The translations under genes and the position numbers were made by a program. From contig JACDET010000001.1 in the NCBI GenBank assembly GCA_013816255.1, forward strand, positions 67,968-131,967: DNA of 64,000 bases. Direction: 5' to 3'. How positions within the stretch are numbered: the stretch's first letter is position 1; each line of letters starts with the position of its first letter. This document shows, piece after piece, positions 11,016-21,269 of this stretch. The notes beneath the pieces were generated by a model. It did no database searches. It saw only the letters and a list, made by a program, of their open reading frames with translations, and had not been told where the DNA came from. The DNA is from Candidatus Levyibacteriota bacterium. GTDB taxonomy: Bacteria > Patescibacteriota > Microgenomatia > Levybacterales > UBA12049.

Positions 11016-12575
11016 TTGATTATAGTGATGAAAGCAAAGAGTAAAGAAGAAGTAACTAGTAAACGTAAAAGATTCTATTTATCAAAATGGAGTATTGCTC
11101 TTATTGCTATTGTGATCGTTGGAGCTGTTTTAAGGTTTTGGAATTTTCCTCATGGATATACATTTGATGGAGACGCAACCCGTGACGCAATCATAGCGTA
11201 TGAAGGTGCCCGTACAGGGTACTTTCCGCTTGTTGGCGCCTTCTCCTCAACCGGACCATATACGTTTGGTCCCTGGTATTATGTCAGTTTGATTGCTGCA
11301 GCATTTGTCGCACCGACCCCATATACACCATGGATACTTATGGGTTTGACCTCAATTATGACGGTTATTGTCATGTATGACATTGGTAGGCTGGTGAGTT
11401 CAAAAAAATTGGGTTTACTCCTGGCACTGCTTACTGCACTTGCTCCTTCACAAATTGCAGTGAGCACATCTCTGAGTAATATCGCGCCAGTTGCATTCTT
11501 TGCGACACTTTCTCTTTGGGCTGCGGTTCGTATTATAAAAACTCTACGCCCTAAAATGTATTGGTATCTTATTTTTGGTGTATGTATCGGTCTTGCCATA
11601 AATGCTCATTACCAAAGTATAGGATTATTAGTGATGCCAATTGCTGTATGGTTCTTGTCCAAAGAAAAACGATATCAAAACGCGTTACTTTTTGTATTGG
11701 GAGTACTAGTAACATTTATACCTCTGCTCTTATTTAATTTTACAAATGATTGGCATACAGTACGGGGGATGTATGCATATTATCTCTCTCGAGACCAATT
11801 TTATGTTGCAAATAGTTGGAGCATCTACGTCTTTGCATTTTTGCCTTCACTCATTACCAATATATTTGGGACATCGCAAATGATCAGTATGATTATGCTT
11901 ATCTCTCTGCCATTACTTTTTTCTTTCTATATCTTCAAAAAAAAGATACCGGCAAATGTCTTTGTCCCAACCATCGTACTATTAGTTAATTTCATTTCAC
12001 TCCGTTACTATGGAGGAGAACGGTTATTTCCGTATCATTACTTTCTTGAACCACTTATTCTTTTTATCGTTGGTTTTAGTTTGTACAAACTCTTGTCAAT
12101 AAAACGCTATGGCATAGTTCTTTTTTTGATCGCTACGCTTCCTGTCATTGTCAGTATGGGTAATTATGATATTAATAGACAACGTATTCTCGCACAAGAT
12201 CATGATCGTATTCCATCTGAGGCTAAGACTTTGCTTCAAAAATATCCTGACAACCGTCTTGTATTCTATAAATGCAACGGTGATCCAAGTCCAAAAGCTG
12301 AAGCCATACAATATTTACTGCAGTTCGAATCATTATCTGAAAAAGGTTCTGTGCAAAAGCTTGGACTTGAAACAGGAATATGCAAATATCCGACGACGCC
12401 ACGTAATGATTTCACTATTACTTCCACTCGGGAGTTACAAGAATCAATCTATCCGCCAGTAAAAGGAACGTCAGTTGCTGATTTTACCAATGCAACAGAC
12501 GCGGCACTGAAAGATGCATTGTGGCAAGAAGTGACAACGAAAAAACTCTTTATTAAAGCTACACAGTGGTATTAA
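11016..12575 (+). CDS. GT39-family (ArnT/PMT-like) membrane glycosyltransferase
   Basis: 519 aa and polytopic. FDGDATRDA acidic loop motif. Confidence 0.6.
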   Translation: MIIVMKAKSKEEVTSKRKRFYLSKWSIALIAIVIVGAVLRFWNFPHGYTFDGDATRDAIIAYEGARTGYFPLVGAFSSTGPYTFGPWYYVSLIAAAFVAPTPYTPWILMGLTSIMTVIVMYDIGRLVSSKKLGLLLALLTALAPSQIAVSTSLSNIAPVAFFATLSLWAAVRIIKTLRPKMYWYLIFGVCIGLAINAHYQSIGLLVMPIAVWFLSKEKRYQNALLFVLGVLVTFIPLLLFNFTNDWHTVRGMYAYYLSRDQFYVANSWSIYVFAFLPSLITNIFGTSQMISMIMLISLPLLFSFYIFKKKIPANVFVPTIVLLVNFISLRYYGGERLFPYHYFLEPLILFIVGFSLYKLLSIKRYGIVLFLIATLPVIVSMGNYDINRQRILAQDHDRIPSEAKTLLQKYPDNRLVFYKCNGDPSPKAEAIQYLLQFESLSEKGSVQKLGLETGICKYPTTPRNDFTITSTRELQESIYPPVKGTSVADFTNATDAALKDALWQEVTTKKLFIKATQWY

Positions 12576-12590
12576 ATACTGATATAAAGA

Positions 12591-14078
12591 TTACTGTACT
12601 TCAAGGATTGTTTCCTCATCATTTACTTTTCTTTCTTTGAACTGCACTTCAGGAACTGATTTTTTTACAGCGTCGGTATCACTATTTTTCCCAACCAACC
12701 ATTTGATACTCTTATCGCGTACTTTTACACTGACGTCTTTGCGGCTGATAAATAACTCGGTTGTACCATCAACATTGTCAGGTGATGAAAGTATTTTGCG
12801 CTCAGTATAATACACTGTTGTCGGATACAAATGATCCAGACGCACTATTGTTTCACCCTCTTCTGTTAATGTATGCAAGACTTTACTACTTTCTGTTTGT
12901 TTTTCATTTGCCGAGGTATCAAGAATTGGAAGGATATTAATTGTAAGTGTACGATATGCAAGTAATGATGTGACAAGAAGTATTGCAACTTTTAAAATTA
13001 GATTATTTCTAAAAATCTTAACCACATGATACGTTCCGTAGGCAATAAGCAGCGACCAAAAAGGCATTGCGGGAATCAAATACCAATTATTTGTCCGCTC
13101 TGTAAAGCTTAGCTGTATGAGTAACGCCCCACCATAAAGTAACATAAGAAATGCTTTGGGATCTTTTATATACCAGAGCGCAAAAAGTACGCCAATGATA
13201 AGAACAAATGTGAATCTTCGTTGTAATGAATAATATGTGTAGAGAAAGTAATCAAAGTTAAACTGACTCAAGCTCACAGTGGCCACACCATGATCACTTT
13301 CATAGATAAAATAGTTTACAAAAGATGGTCCACTTACGAGTGATCCTCCATAAAGCCATATTGCAGGGGGAAGCACAGCGACAGCAATCATTAAGAGATA
13401 CTGTTTATATCGTTTGATCATTCCTGTTCGTTCAAACAACAATTCATGCAGAATAAATATACCGATCGGAAGAAATACGAGCTGTGCCCGCGCAAGATAA
13501 ATCAGTGCAAATAGTAGTCCAAGGAGTATATATTTATATTTCGTTTTACTCAGCTGTACGAGGAAAACTAATAAGATTAATAATGCGGAGAGTATATCTA
13601 TGTTGCCACTCCGCATTCTCCACACAAATACATTATTTAAAGCGAGCGTTATAAACGCCAAGAACGCAGGAACCAAACCGTAATTCTTATAAGAAAACCA
13701 TGCCACGAGCATTACAATAATAATTCCACTGATAGCTGATGGAACCCTCACCGAAAACTCTGAAAGACCAATAATACTTGCAACCATTGCAGATAACCAC
13801 ATATATAAAGGAGGTTTATCAAGCCACATGGCTTCATTCCAATACATAACGAAGAACTGTTTTGTCTGCATCATGTTTCTTGTTACATCTGCGTACCATG
13901 CTTCATCCCAATTTTCCATTGGTGATTTTCCTAGTTGAAAAAATGCTAAATAGGTAACGAAAAGTAAACCTGAAGCAAAAATAATTTTTACAATAAGTGG
14001 CATGTATTGAGAAAGAGATGTATTTTTTGAAGATGATGTCTCTTTTTTTTCTATAACTTTCTTTACTACTCTTTTCAT
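12591..14078 (-). CDS. GT39-family (ArnT/PMT-like) membrane glycosyltransferase
   Basis: WDEAWYADVTRNM...WLDKPPLYMW is typical of the PMT/ArnT loop-1 region. 495 aa. Confidence 0.7.
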   Translation of the reverse strand: MKRVVKKVIEKKETSSSKNTSLSQYMPLIVKIIFASGLLFVTYLAFFQLGKSPMENWDEAWYADVTRNMMQTKQFFVMYWNEAMWLDKPPLYMWLSAMVASIIGLSEFSVRVPSAISGIIIVMLVAWFSYKNYGLVPAFLAFITLALNNVFVWRMRSGNIDILSALLILLVFLVQLSKTKYKYILLGLLFALIYLARAQLVFLPIGIFILHELLFERTGMIKRYKQYLLMIAVAVLPPAIWLYGGSLVSGPSFVNYFIYESDHGVATVSLSQFNFDYFLYTYYSLQRRFTFVLIIGVLFALWYIKDPKAFLMLLYGGALLIQLSFTERTNNWYLIPAMPFWSLLIAYGTYHVVKIFRNNLILKVAILLVTSLLAYRTLTINILPILDTSANEKQTESSKVLHTLTEEGETIVRLDHLYPTTVYYTERKILSSPDNVDGTTELFISRKDVSVKVRDKSIKWLVGKNSDTDAVKKSVPEVQFKERKVNDEETILEVQ

Positions 14079-14195
14079 ACATCTTTATAATATCACAGAG
14101 CAATAGAATAATGTTGCTCGTGTATTGATATACAGTTTGATGTATACGTATTGACTCAATCCATTATTTATTATATAAAAGTAATACAAGCTTAT

Positions 14196-15467
14196 ATGTC
14201 TGCCCCATATAAAAATAAAAAACGGTTATTTGCTTCTTTTGCCATACTTTTTATGGCGCTCTTTAGCGTTTCTTTTTTTAATACTTCTCAAACAATTGAC
14301 ACAAATCAGGAAGTAATTGGTGCATCGCTCATCACAAAAACTCCTCCAACTCCATTTAAGAAACTTACACCAACATCAATCGCTGTGAAAGAAAAACTTT
14401 CTGCTCCATCGCTCATTCCTGTTAAACGTTCCTCTTCTTTATCTGGCTTACGTGTACAAGGAAATACATTAGTCAATGCAGGAGGAGAATCCGTAAGATT
14501 ATTTGGCGCAAATCGTAGTGGAACTGAATATGCATGTCTTAATGGAAATTTCTCAGATGGCCCAGTAGATAGTAACTCACTGAAAGCAATGCAGAAATGG
14601 CATCTTAATACTGTACGAGTACCGCTCAATGAATCTTGTTGGCTTGGTATAAACAGCACAGGTCTTGGTGGAATTGCATATCAAAATAAAGTTAAAAATT
14701 ACGTGGATACGATAACAGCAAGTGGTATGGTTGCTATTTTAGATCTCCACTGGAATGCTCCAGGTACTGAGAAAGCAGTTGGACAAAACCCAATGCCAGA
14801 TGCAGATCACACGCCGTCATTTTGGAGAGAAGTGGCAACGACATTTAAAACAAATGATAAGGTAATCTTTGATCTTTTCAATGAACCTGATCCAATCCCT
14901 TTCAGAAATGATTATCCAGGTGGTTTCTCCCAATGGCAAACTGATGATTTTAATTGTCTTCTTAATGGCTGTGAAGTGACAGCAAAGAATGGCATAAAAT
15001 ATCAAGGTATAGGTATGCAAAAGCTTGTTGATGTTGTCCGCGAAACAGGCGCTACAAATATCATTATGATTGCGGGCATACAGTCTGCCCAAACAATTAC
15101 ACAGTATCAAGGAAATAATAATACAAATCCGAAAGGTTACATGCCAATTGATCCTCTGAATAATCTTGCAGTTGCAATGCATCAGTATAACCGTGCTGCA
15201 TGTTCTGATGTACAATGTTGGGAAGCAACAATTGCACCTGTTGCAGCAGTGTATCCAATTATTACTGGAGAATTTGGCGATATCGATTGTACGGCTGATT
15301 ATACAAAGCAACTCCTTCCATGGTTGGACAAATATAAAATAAGCTATGTCGGTTGGACGTGGGATGTCTGGCCAGAAAGTTGCGAGGGGTTGATCAAAAA
15401 TTATACTGGTACGCCAAATAAACCATATGGTCAAGCATATTATAATCACCTCAAATCAATCCACTAG
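14196..15467 (+). CDS. Secreted glycoside hydrolase family 5 (cellulase-like)
   Basis: Signal anchor, then LHWNAPG...FNEPDP (catalytic NEP motif) and TGEFGD (nucleophile region). The track ORF starts at 14151; the ATG at 14196 is preferred. Confidence 0.75.
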   Translation: MSAPYKNKKRLFASFAILFMALFSVSFFNTSQTIDTNQEVIGASLITKTPPTPFKKLTPTSIAVKEKLSAPSLIPVKRSSSLSGLRVQGNTLVNAGGESVRLFGANRSGTEYACLNGNFSDGPVDSNSLKAMQKWHLNTVRVPLNESCWLGINSTGLGGIAYQNKVKNYVDTITASGMVAILDLHWNAPGTEKAVGQNPMPDADHTPSFWREVATTFKTNDKVIFDLFNEPDPIPFRNDYPGGFSQWQTDDFNCLLNGCEVTAKNGIKYQGIGMQKLVDVVRETGATNIIMIAGIQSAQTITQYQGNNNTNPKGYMPIDPLNNLAVAMHQYNRAACSDVQCWEATIAPVAAVYPIITGEFGDIDCTADYTKQLLPWLDKYKISYVGWTWDVWPESCEGLIKNYTGTPNKPYGQAYYNHLKSIH

Positions 15468-15557
15468 TGTATACTCCTTTAAAAGGATTCTACAATAGCG
15501 TAGTATGCCTCGTCATTCATTTTGCAAACTGAATGACGATAGGTATATACTTAACTA

Positions 15558-16157
15558 ATGACTAATGCGTATCCATTAAAGTTACGTTTTAAACTTATTG
15601 CACTTGCACCTAAGGTAAGTCTCACAGATGCACATGGAAAAGAGATTTTATATATCGAACAAAAATTATTTGCATTGAAAGAGTCTGTGAAAGTATTTGA
15701 CAATTCTATAGATAAAAATCTTCTCTATACCATCAAGGCCAATCAACTCCTCGATATTGGTGCCAGGTATATCTTCCGTGACTTAGGTGAAAAAGAAATT
15801 GGCTCGACACAACAAGAAGGGATGCGATCACTTTATCAGGCAAGTTATATAGTTTTTGATAAGCGCCAAACTGAAGTATTTCGAATTATCCAGGCCAATC
15901 CAATGATCGCTATTCTAGATACAATCTTGAGCTTTATTCCTCTTGCAGACATTTTCTCAAATTTTATTCTAAATCCTACTTATACTATATCAAAAAAAGA
16001 AAACGAAGAACCAGTCTTAACTATGAAAAAGAAACCAAGTTTTTTTGAATCAAATTTTGAAATAACGGCTCATGAGATTGATATAACAGAAGAACAAGAA
16101 CTTCTTTTACTACTTTCCAGTCTTATGCTTGTCCAGCTAGAACGCAATCGGGGCTAA
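15558..16157 (+). CDS. Hypothetical protein, LURP-one-related/tubby-like (DUF567-like)
   Basis: 199 aa. Loose resemblance to the YxjI/LOR family. Weak. Confidence 0.35.
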   Translation: MTNAYPLKLRFKLIALAPKVSLTDAHGKEILYIEQKLFALKESVKVFDNSIDKNLLYTIKANQLLDIGARYIFRDLGEKEIGSTQQEGMRSLYQASYIVFDKRQTEVFRIIQANPMIAILDTILSFIPLADIFSNFILNPTYTISKKENEEPVLTMKKKPSFFESNFEITAHEIDITEEQELLLLLSSLMLVQLERNRG

Positions 16158-16531
16158 TTAGTTGACGAAGTATATTTAGCAATTATTCCCAGAAGATCGT
16201 CCATTTTAAATGGTTTCGCGAGAAAATCATCTGCTCCCGATTCTTTAGCAGATTCGGAAATATCACGACTTGCCGAAATCATAATGACTGGAATATTCTT
16301 GGTAAGTGTCTTTTTCTTAAGATATTTACAGATTTCGCGTCCATCTTGTCCTGACATCCAAATATCTAGAAGTAATAAGTCAGGAAAATCTTTTTCCATC
16401 TTATAGATAGTTTCACCATTAACTGTCGTATCAACACTGTATCCCTCTTCCTCAAGCATAAACTGTACTGCGTCACAAATTGCAGGATCATCATCTGCTA
16501 TTAATATCTTTTTATCTTTTTTATTATCCAT
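16154..16531 (-). CDS. Response regulator, receiver domain only (CheY-like)
   Basis: ADDDPAI...LLLDIWMSGQDG...KPF has the phospho-acceptor Asp context. No output domain. It is a paralogue of the genes at 21270, 56411 and 61730. Confidence 0.85.
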   Translation of the reverse strand: MDNKKDKKILIADDDPAICDAVQFMLEEEGYSVDTTVNGETIYKMEKDFPDLLLLDIWMSGQDGREICKYLKKKTLTKNIPVIMISASRDISESAKESGADDFLAKPFKMDDLLGIIAKYTSSTN

Positions 16532-16580
16532 AGTATTTAACTATACAATATCTAGATTTGAAACCAGTAAGAACCCAGTT

Positions 16581-17708
16581 TCAATCGTGTTGTATTTCTT
16601 CCTCCAAAACATTATTTTGAGGATTTTTAATTTTTGCATTTATAGGTAAGGTAAAACAAAAAGTAGATCCTTTACCCAATTCACTTTCGACCCAAAGTAA
16701 TCCTTTCTGACGTTTCATTATTTCATTTGAAATATATAATCCAAGCCCAAGTCCTGGAAAAGTATTCTCTTTTGGACCACTAATACGGTAAAAGCGCTCG
16801 AATAATCTCTCTTTATTATTTTCAGGAATACCTATACCAAAGTCTTGTACACAAAGGCGTACATTTTCACTATCAATACTTTGCTTTATAATAATTTTCT
16901 CTGTATGGGGAGAATACTTTATGGCATTTGAGATAAGATTTGTAAGCACCTGTCCAGTTCTTTCTCTATCAGCTTGCACTTTTTGTTTTGTTTTACCTTC
17001 AATATGTAAAGTATGCCGAAATGTTGTCCGCTGCATCTCTTCAACAATCTCCACTACAAATGCATCAAAATCAAATTTCTCCTGATGCATACGCAGTTTA
17101 CCAGATTCAATTTTGGTAGCATCAAGTAGGTCTGATATGAGCATGGTTAATTTATCCAACTGCGCATTCATTTTCCCAAGCTGTTTAGAAGAGAACATAT
17201 CACCATTTTTGGCAAATTTCTTTTCAAGAACTTCAGCATATGCTTTTAGTGAGGTTACTGGCGTCTTTAGTTCATGCGTCGCAATACCGATAAAATCATT
17301 CTTGTCCTGTTCCACCTTTTTTTCTTGACTGACGTCTGTATGTTGTAAAACAATATGTGTAATTTTTCCTTTTGCATTTTTTATAGGAAAAATTTTCGCC
17401 GCAACCCATCTATCAGATACAGCATTTTTAACTGAGACAGTTTTTTCTGGAAAATATTGTATTGCCGGAACGTCAACAATTTTCCCTTTAAATCCTTTTT
17501 TAATTGCTGTCATTACACTTGTTTCGACAAGCTGTTGATCATTGAGAATATTATATGATTTTAGCTCTGGAAATCGTATATTCCACAACTTTTCCCAAGC
17601 TTTATTCACCAATATTGTTTCCCCATCTGGAGTAAAAATTTGCGTACTTATAGGAGATTGTGCAAAGATAGTTTTGAAAAGTAGTAAATGAGTATCGATC
17701 ATACGCAT
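16581..17708 (-). CDS. PAS-domain sensor histidine kinase
   Basis: H-box ATHELKTPVTSLKAY plus N, G1 and G2 boxes (GLGLGLYIS). Cytoplasmic. Confidence 0.85.
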   Translation of the reverse strand: MRMIDTHLLLFKTIFAQSPISTQIFTPDGETILVNKAWEKLWNIRFPELKSYNILNDQQLVETSVMTAIKKGFKGKIVDVPAIQYFPEKTVSVKNAVSDRWVAAKIFPIKNAKGKITHIVLQHTDVSQEKKVEQDKNDFIGIATHELKTPVTSLKAYAEVLEKKFAKNGDMFSSKQLGKMNAQLDKLTMLISDLLDATKIESGKLRMHQEKFDFDAFVVEIVEEMQRTTFRHTLHIEGKTKQKVQADRERTGQVLTNLISNAIKYSPHTEKIIIKQSIDSENVRLCVQDFGIGIPENNKERLFERFYRISGPKENTFPGLGLGLYISNEIMKRQKGLLWVESELGKGSTFCFTLPINAKIKNPQNNVLEEEIQHD

Positions 17709-17770
17709 ATTGACTTGTATAATACGCCATAGTATACCACAGAGAAGTTGGTGAGTGAAGAAAGAAGATT

Positions 17771-18478
17771 TTAGCTAAGAGTTTTTTTGCGAAAATCTGC
17801 TATAATAACACTTGAGTCTGGATCAGCATCAGGACTGGAACCGTCAACATCTTGGAGAGATCGTCTTTCCATTGATTCACTTTTTTTGGTGCCAAAACGC
17901 TCTGGATAGCGTAACATTGCTTCTTCTTCAAATACTCCTAAAGCTGTTGCTCGACGTACATCTGCTTCTAGTTCTTGAAGTGTCTTTTTACGAAGTTCCA
18001 ACGTGGTTGTATTATCGATACCAATTACTTCGCTCAGCGTTATAGTAGTTACCCTTTCTTGTGCTTTTTTTCTCAATCTTAGAACTGTTTCGAAGGATAA
18101 TGTACTCTGCCTTGCAGTCGTATCAAGTTCGCGGGATGTTCTTTCTGCGGTTACGTGATTTAATGCTGACCTAAAGCTAACAGGAAAGACGTTCTCTTCT
18201 TTTGCTTTCACTTTTGCTTCTACATCATCAATATACATGAAAGTAGCATCTAAGAGCCCTTGTATGCTATTTGATTTTCTTAATTCATTCTCACTACTAA
18301 ATGAAGGTAAACTGTTTTGTGAAAGACGTGAAGGAACGCCAGCTATTGTTGTCCGATCAGGAACATTCAGAACACTGATATTACCTGCTTCAACCATGGA
18401 AGGCAGAGCTCTCCCAGTTACCATTCTTGCAAATGACGAATTTCTTTCTCCTAATAAAAGCATAAAAAACCTCTGCAA
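17771..18478 (-). CDS. Hypothetical protein
   Basis: 235-aa ORF with an AGAGG RBS and a TTGTCA-repeat promoter region. No recognisable domain. Confidence 0.35.
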   Translation of the reverse strand: MQRFFMLLLGERNSSFARMVTGRALPSMVEAGNISVLNVPDRTTIAGVPSRLSQNSLPSFSSENELRKSNSIQGLLDATFMYIDDVEAKVKAKEENVFPVSFRSALNHVTAERTSRELDTTARQSTLSFETVLRLRKKAQERVTTITLSEVIGIDNTTTLELRKKTLQELEADVRRATALGVFEEEAMLRYPERFGTKKSESMERRSLQDVDGSSPDADPDSSVIIADFRKKTLS

Positions 18479-18673
18479 TAGTATATACTAATTTGTCGAC
18501 ATTTCTTGACAACAACCTGACAAAGGTTGAGCGACACTATAGAATAGTGCTATATTTTTGAGCTCAATTTTATAGTACAGACTTACGAGTTAGAGTACAT
18601 GACAAAAAAACTTATAATAAAAGACGAATTATTTGTCAGGAATGCTTCAGCTTAGAGGATAAGATGCTAGAAA

Positions 18674-21043
18674 CTAAATCGCGTGGTGTGCAGGAAGAAT
18701 TGGTGTTTCTTCTGTAACTCCATCTGCTGATTTAGCTTTAGCGAGTGGTTTGGTTAAAGCAATCTTGAGTACTTCATCCATGTGACTGACGAACTTAAAT
18801 GTAAGGTCTTTTAGTACTTCTGGTGGAATATCCTCAAGATCTTTCTTATTATCTTTTGGCAATATAATGGTTTTCAAGCCTGAACGGTGTGCTGCTATTA
18901 CTTTTTCTTTAACTCCACCGATTTCAAGAGCCCGTCCACGAAGCGTTACTTCACCTGTCATAGCAACTTTACGGTTGATTGGATTTTTGGTAAGCGCTGA
19001 GATGATTGCAGTTGAGATAGCAAGTCCTGCTGATGGGCCATCTTTTGGTACTGCGCCTTCAGGGACATGTACATGAATATCAGTCTTTTGGAATACTTTA
19101 TCTGAGATTCCCATTGTATGTGCACGTGACCGTATATAAGAGAGAGCTGCTTGCGCAGATTCCTTCATAACATCTCCGAGTTGTCCTGTGAGTGTCAAAT
19201 GACCTTTACCTGGCATAAGTGCAACTTCAATAAAAAGAATCTCTCCGCCAGCTTCAGTCCATGCAAGTCCTGTTGACTGACCGATTTCATCATTTTTTTC
19301 AATCATCGTACCATGATACTTTTCAGGACCAAGATACTTTGGAATATCTGTCGCTTTAACAACCACTTTTCCTTTTTCACCTTCAGCAACCTTTTTGGCA
19401 ATTTTACGAAAAACTGTAGCAATTCTGCGCTCAAGGTTACGTACACCAGCTTCACGCGTATAATGATGAATTATGAAAAGGAGTGCTTCATCGGTAATTT
19501 CAACTTGTGTCTTTTTCAAGCCATGATTTTCAAGTTGCTTACTGATAAGGAAATCATGTGAAATTTTAAATTTCTCATCGTGGGTGTATCCAGCAAAATG
19601 TATAATCTCGAGTCTATCACGCAGTGCCGGCGGAATAGTATCTAAGACATTAGCCGTTGTGATGAACATAACATTTGAAAGATCAAATGGAACTTCCAGA
19701 TAATGATCAGAGAATTGTCCATTTTGTTCTGGATCCAATGCTTCTAGAAGCGCACTTGATGGATCACCACGGAAATCTGAACCAACTTTGTCAATTTCAT
19801 CAAGCATAAAGACCGGATTTTTGGTGCCTGAGTCTTTAACACCTTGGATAATACGTCCAGGAAGCGCTCCGACGTATGTTCTGCGGTGACCGCGGATTTC
19901 AGCTTCATCTCGGATGCCACCAAGTGATACTCGGACAAATTTACGTCCTAGAGCACGGGCAATTGATTTACCAATTGATGTTTTACCCACACCTGGAGGT
20001 CCAGCAAAACAAAGAATTGGACCTTTCATCTTTCCTGAAAGCTTGTGTACAGCTAAGTATTCAATAATACGCTCTTTCGCCTTTGACAAACCATAATGAT
20101 CTTCATCAAGCGTTTTTTCAGCAGTCTTAATGTTTGATACATCTTTACTTTCTTCAGACCATGGAAGTGCAACCATAAGATCTAAATAGTTACGGATATA
20201 TCCTGCTTCAGGATTGAATTGGTTCATATTCTGTAATTTATTCAATTCCTTACGGGCTTTCTCTTCAACTTCTTGTGGCATTTTTGCATCTTTGATCTTA
20301 TTCAAAAGGATACGGATTTCAGAATTTTCTTCTTTATCTCCTAGTTCTTCCTCAATGGTTCTTAATCTTTCACGAAGCATTGCTTCCCGTGCTCCTTTTT
20401 CAAAACGTTCTTGCGTCTTTGAAGCAATTCTACGCTCCAGTTCAAGAATCTTAATTTCTTTCGCGAGGAGTTCTGTTAATTTTTGTAAACGTCCTTTAAC
20501 ATCTGTCATTTCTAAGAGTTCTTGACGCTCTTGTGGCTTAAGATCAAGTGCTGAGGCAATTAGATCTGAAAGTTCGGCTGGAGATGTTTCTGACATGATG
20601 TTCATGAAAAGAAGGAAATCTGCAGATTTACCGAAATTCATCGCTTTTCTAAATTCATTGGTGAGGTGATTACAAAGAGCTTTAATCTCTTCATTCTTCT
20701 CGACTTCTTCAGGAAGCTCAATAACCCGAGCCATAAAATACGAATCATGTTTTTCATATCCAAGGATTTTTACACGGGATATTCCGCGAACCTGAGCATT
20801 AATTTCACCATCAGTTCGAATCATACGTTCAATACGCGAAAGTGTACCAATTTCGTAAAGATCGTCAGAACTTGGGTCATTAAGACGTGCATTTTTTTGC
20901 AATACAAAACAGACAACTCTTTCTTTTTGGAATGCGGATTCTAAGGCTGCAAGACTTTTTGGACGTCCAAAAGTAAGGACTGAATCTGTGCTTGGGAATA
21001 TAATGCCGTCTCTAATTGGAATTACTGGGACTAATTTTTCCAT
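18674..21043 (-). CDS. lon: ATP-dependent Lon protease
   Basis: Walker A GPPGVGKTS, sensor motifs and catalytic PKDGPSAGLAI. Lon N-terminal domain is present. The preferred start is MEKLVPVIPIRDG at 21043. Confidence 0.95.
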   Translation of the reverse strand: MEKLVPVIPIRDGIIFPSTDSVLTFGRPKSLAALESAFQKERVVCFVLQKNARLNDPSSDDLYEIGTLSRIERMIRTDGEINAQVRGISRVKILGYEKHDSYFMARVIELPEEVEKNEEIKALCNHLTNEFRKAMNFGKSADFLLFMNIMSETSPAELSDLIASALDLKPQERQELLEMTDVKGRLQKLTELLAKEIKILELERRIASKTQERFEKGAREAMLRERLRTIEEELGDKEENSEIRILLNKIKDAKMPQEVEEKARKELNKLQNMNQFNPEAGYIRNYLDLMVALPWSEESKDVSNIKTAEKTLDEDHYGLSKAKERIIEYLAVHKLSGKMKGPILCFAGPPGVGKTSIGKSIARALGRKFVRVSLGGIRDEAEIRGHRRTYVGALPGRIIQGVKDSGTKNPVFMLDEIDKVGSDFRGDPSSALLEALDPEQNGQFSDHYLEVPFDLSNVMFITTANVLDTIPPALRDRLEIIHFAGYTHDEKFKISHDFLISKQLENHGLKKTQVEITDEALLFIIHHYTREAGVRNLERRIATVFRKIAKKVAEGEKGKVVVKATDIPKYLGPEKYHGTMIEKNDEIGQSTGLAWTEAGGEILFIEVALMPGKGHLTLTGQLGDVMKESAQAALSYIRSRAHTMGISDKVFQKTDIHVHVPEGAVPKDGPSAGLAISTAIISALTKNPINRKVAMTGEVTLRGRALEIGGVKEKVIAAHRSGLKTIILPKDNKKDLEDIPPEVLKDLTFKFVSHMDEVLKIALTKPLAKAKSADGVTEETPILPAHHAI

Positions 21044-21081
21044 AAATATTTGTTCTAATATTGAAGTTCTAAAAGAACTAA

Positions 21082-21108
21082 TTAGCAATCTATCATAGTT
21101 TCTGCTAA
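21082..21108. promoter_or_regulatory. CIRCE-like inverted repeat (putative HrcA operator) in the lon promoter
   Basis: TTAGCAATC-N9-TTCTGCTAA compared with the CIRCE consensus TTAGCACTC-N9-GAGTGCTAA. It overlaps the spacer of a minus-strand TTGACA-17-TAGATT promoter. Confidence 0.4.
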
Positions 21109-21269
21109 TTGTCAATGACTCAGACTAGATCATTTGACTTTTCGATCAGTTTATTTTTTACAGAGCTTTTTATGGCTATAAATAACCTGACGAATTGATT
21201 TACAATGTAACAAGTAAACTTGTTGATGTCAACCCCGATTTGCGTGAGAAGAACTCATCGGTGAGCACC

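Noticed and set aside
19313-20944. Antisense ORFs inside lon (19313-19561, 19876-20096, 20214-20525, 20666-20944)
   Set aside because: Embedded in a high-confidence conserved gene. Typical spurious ORFs.
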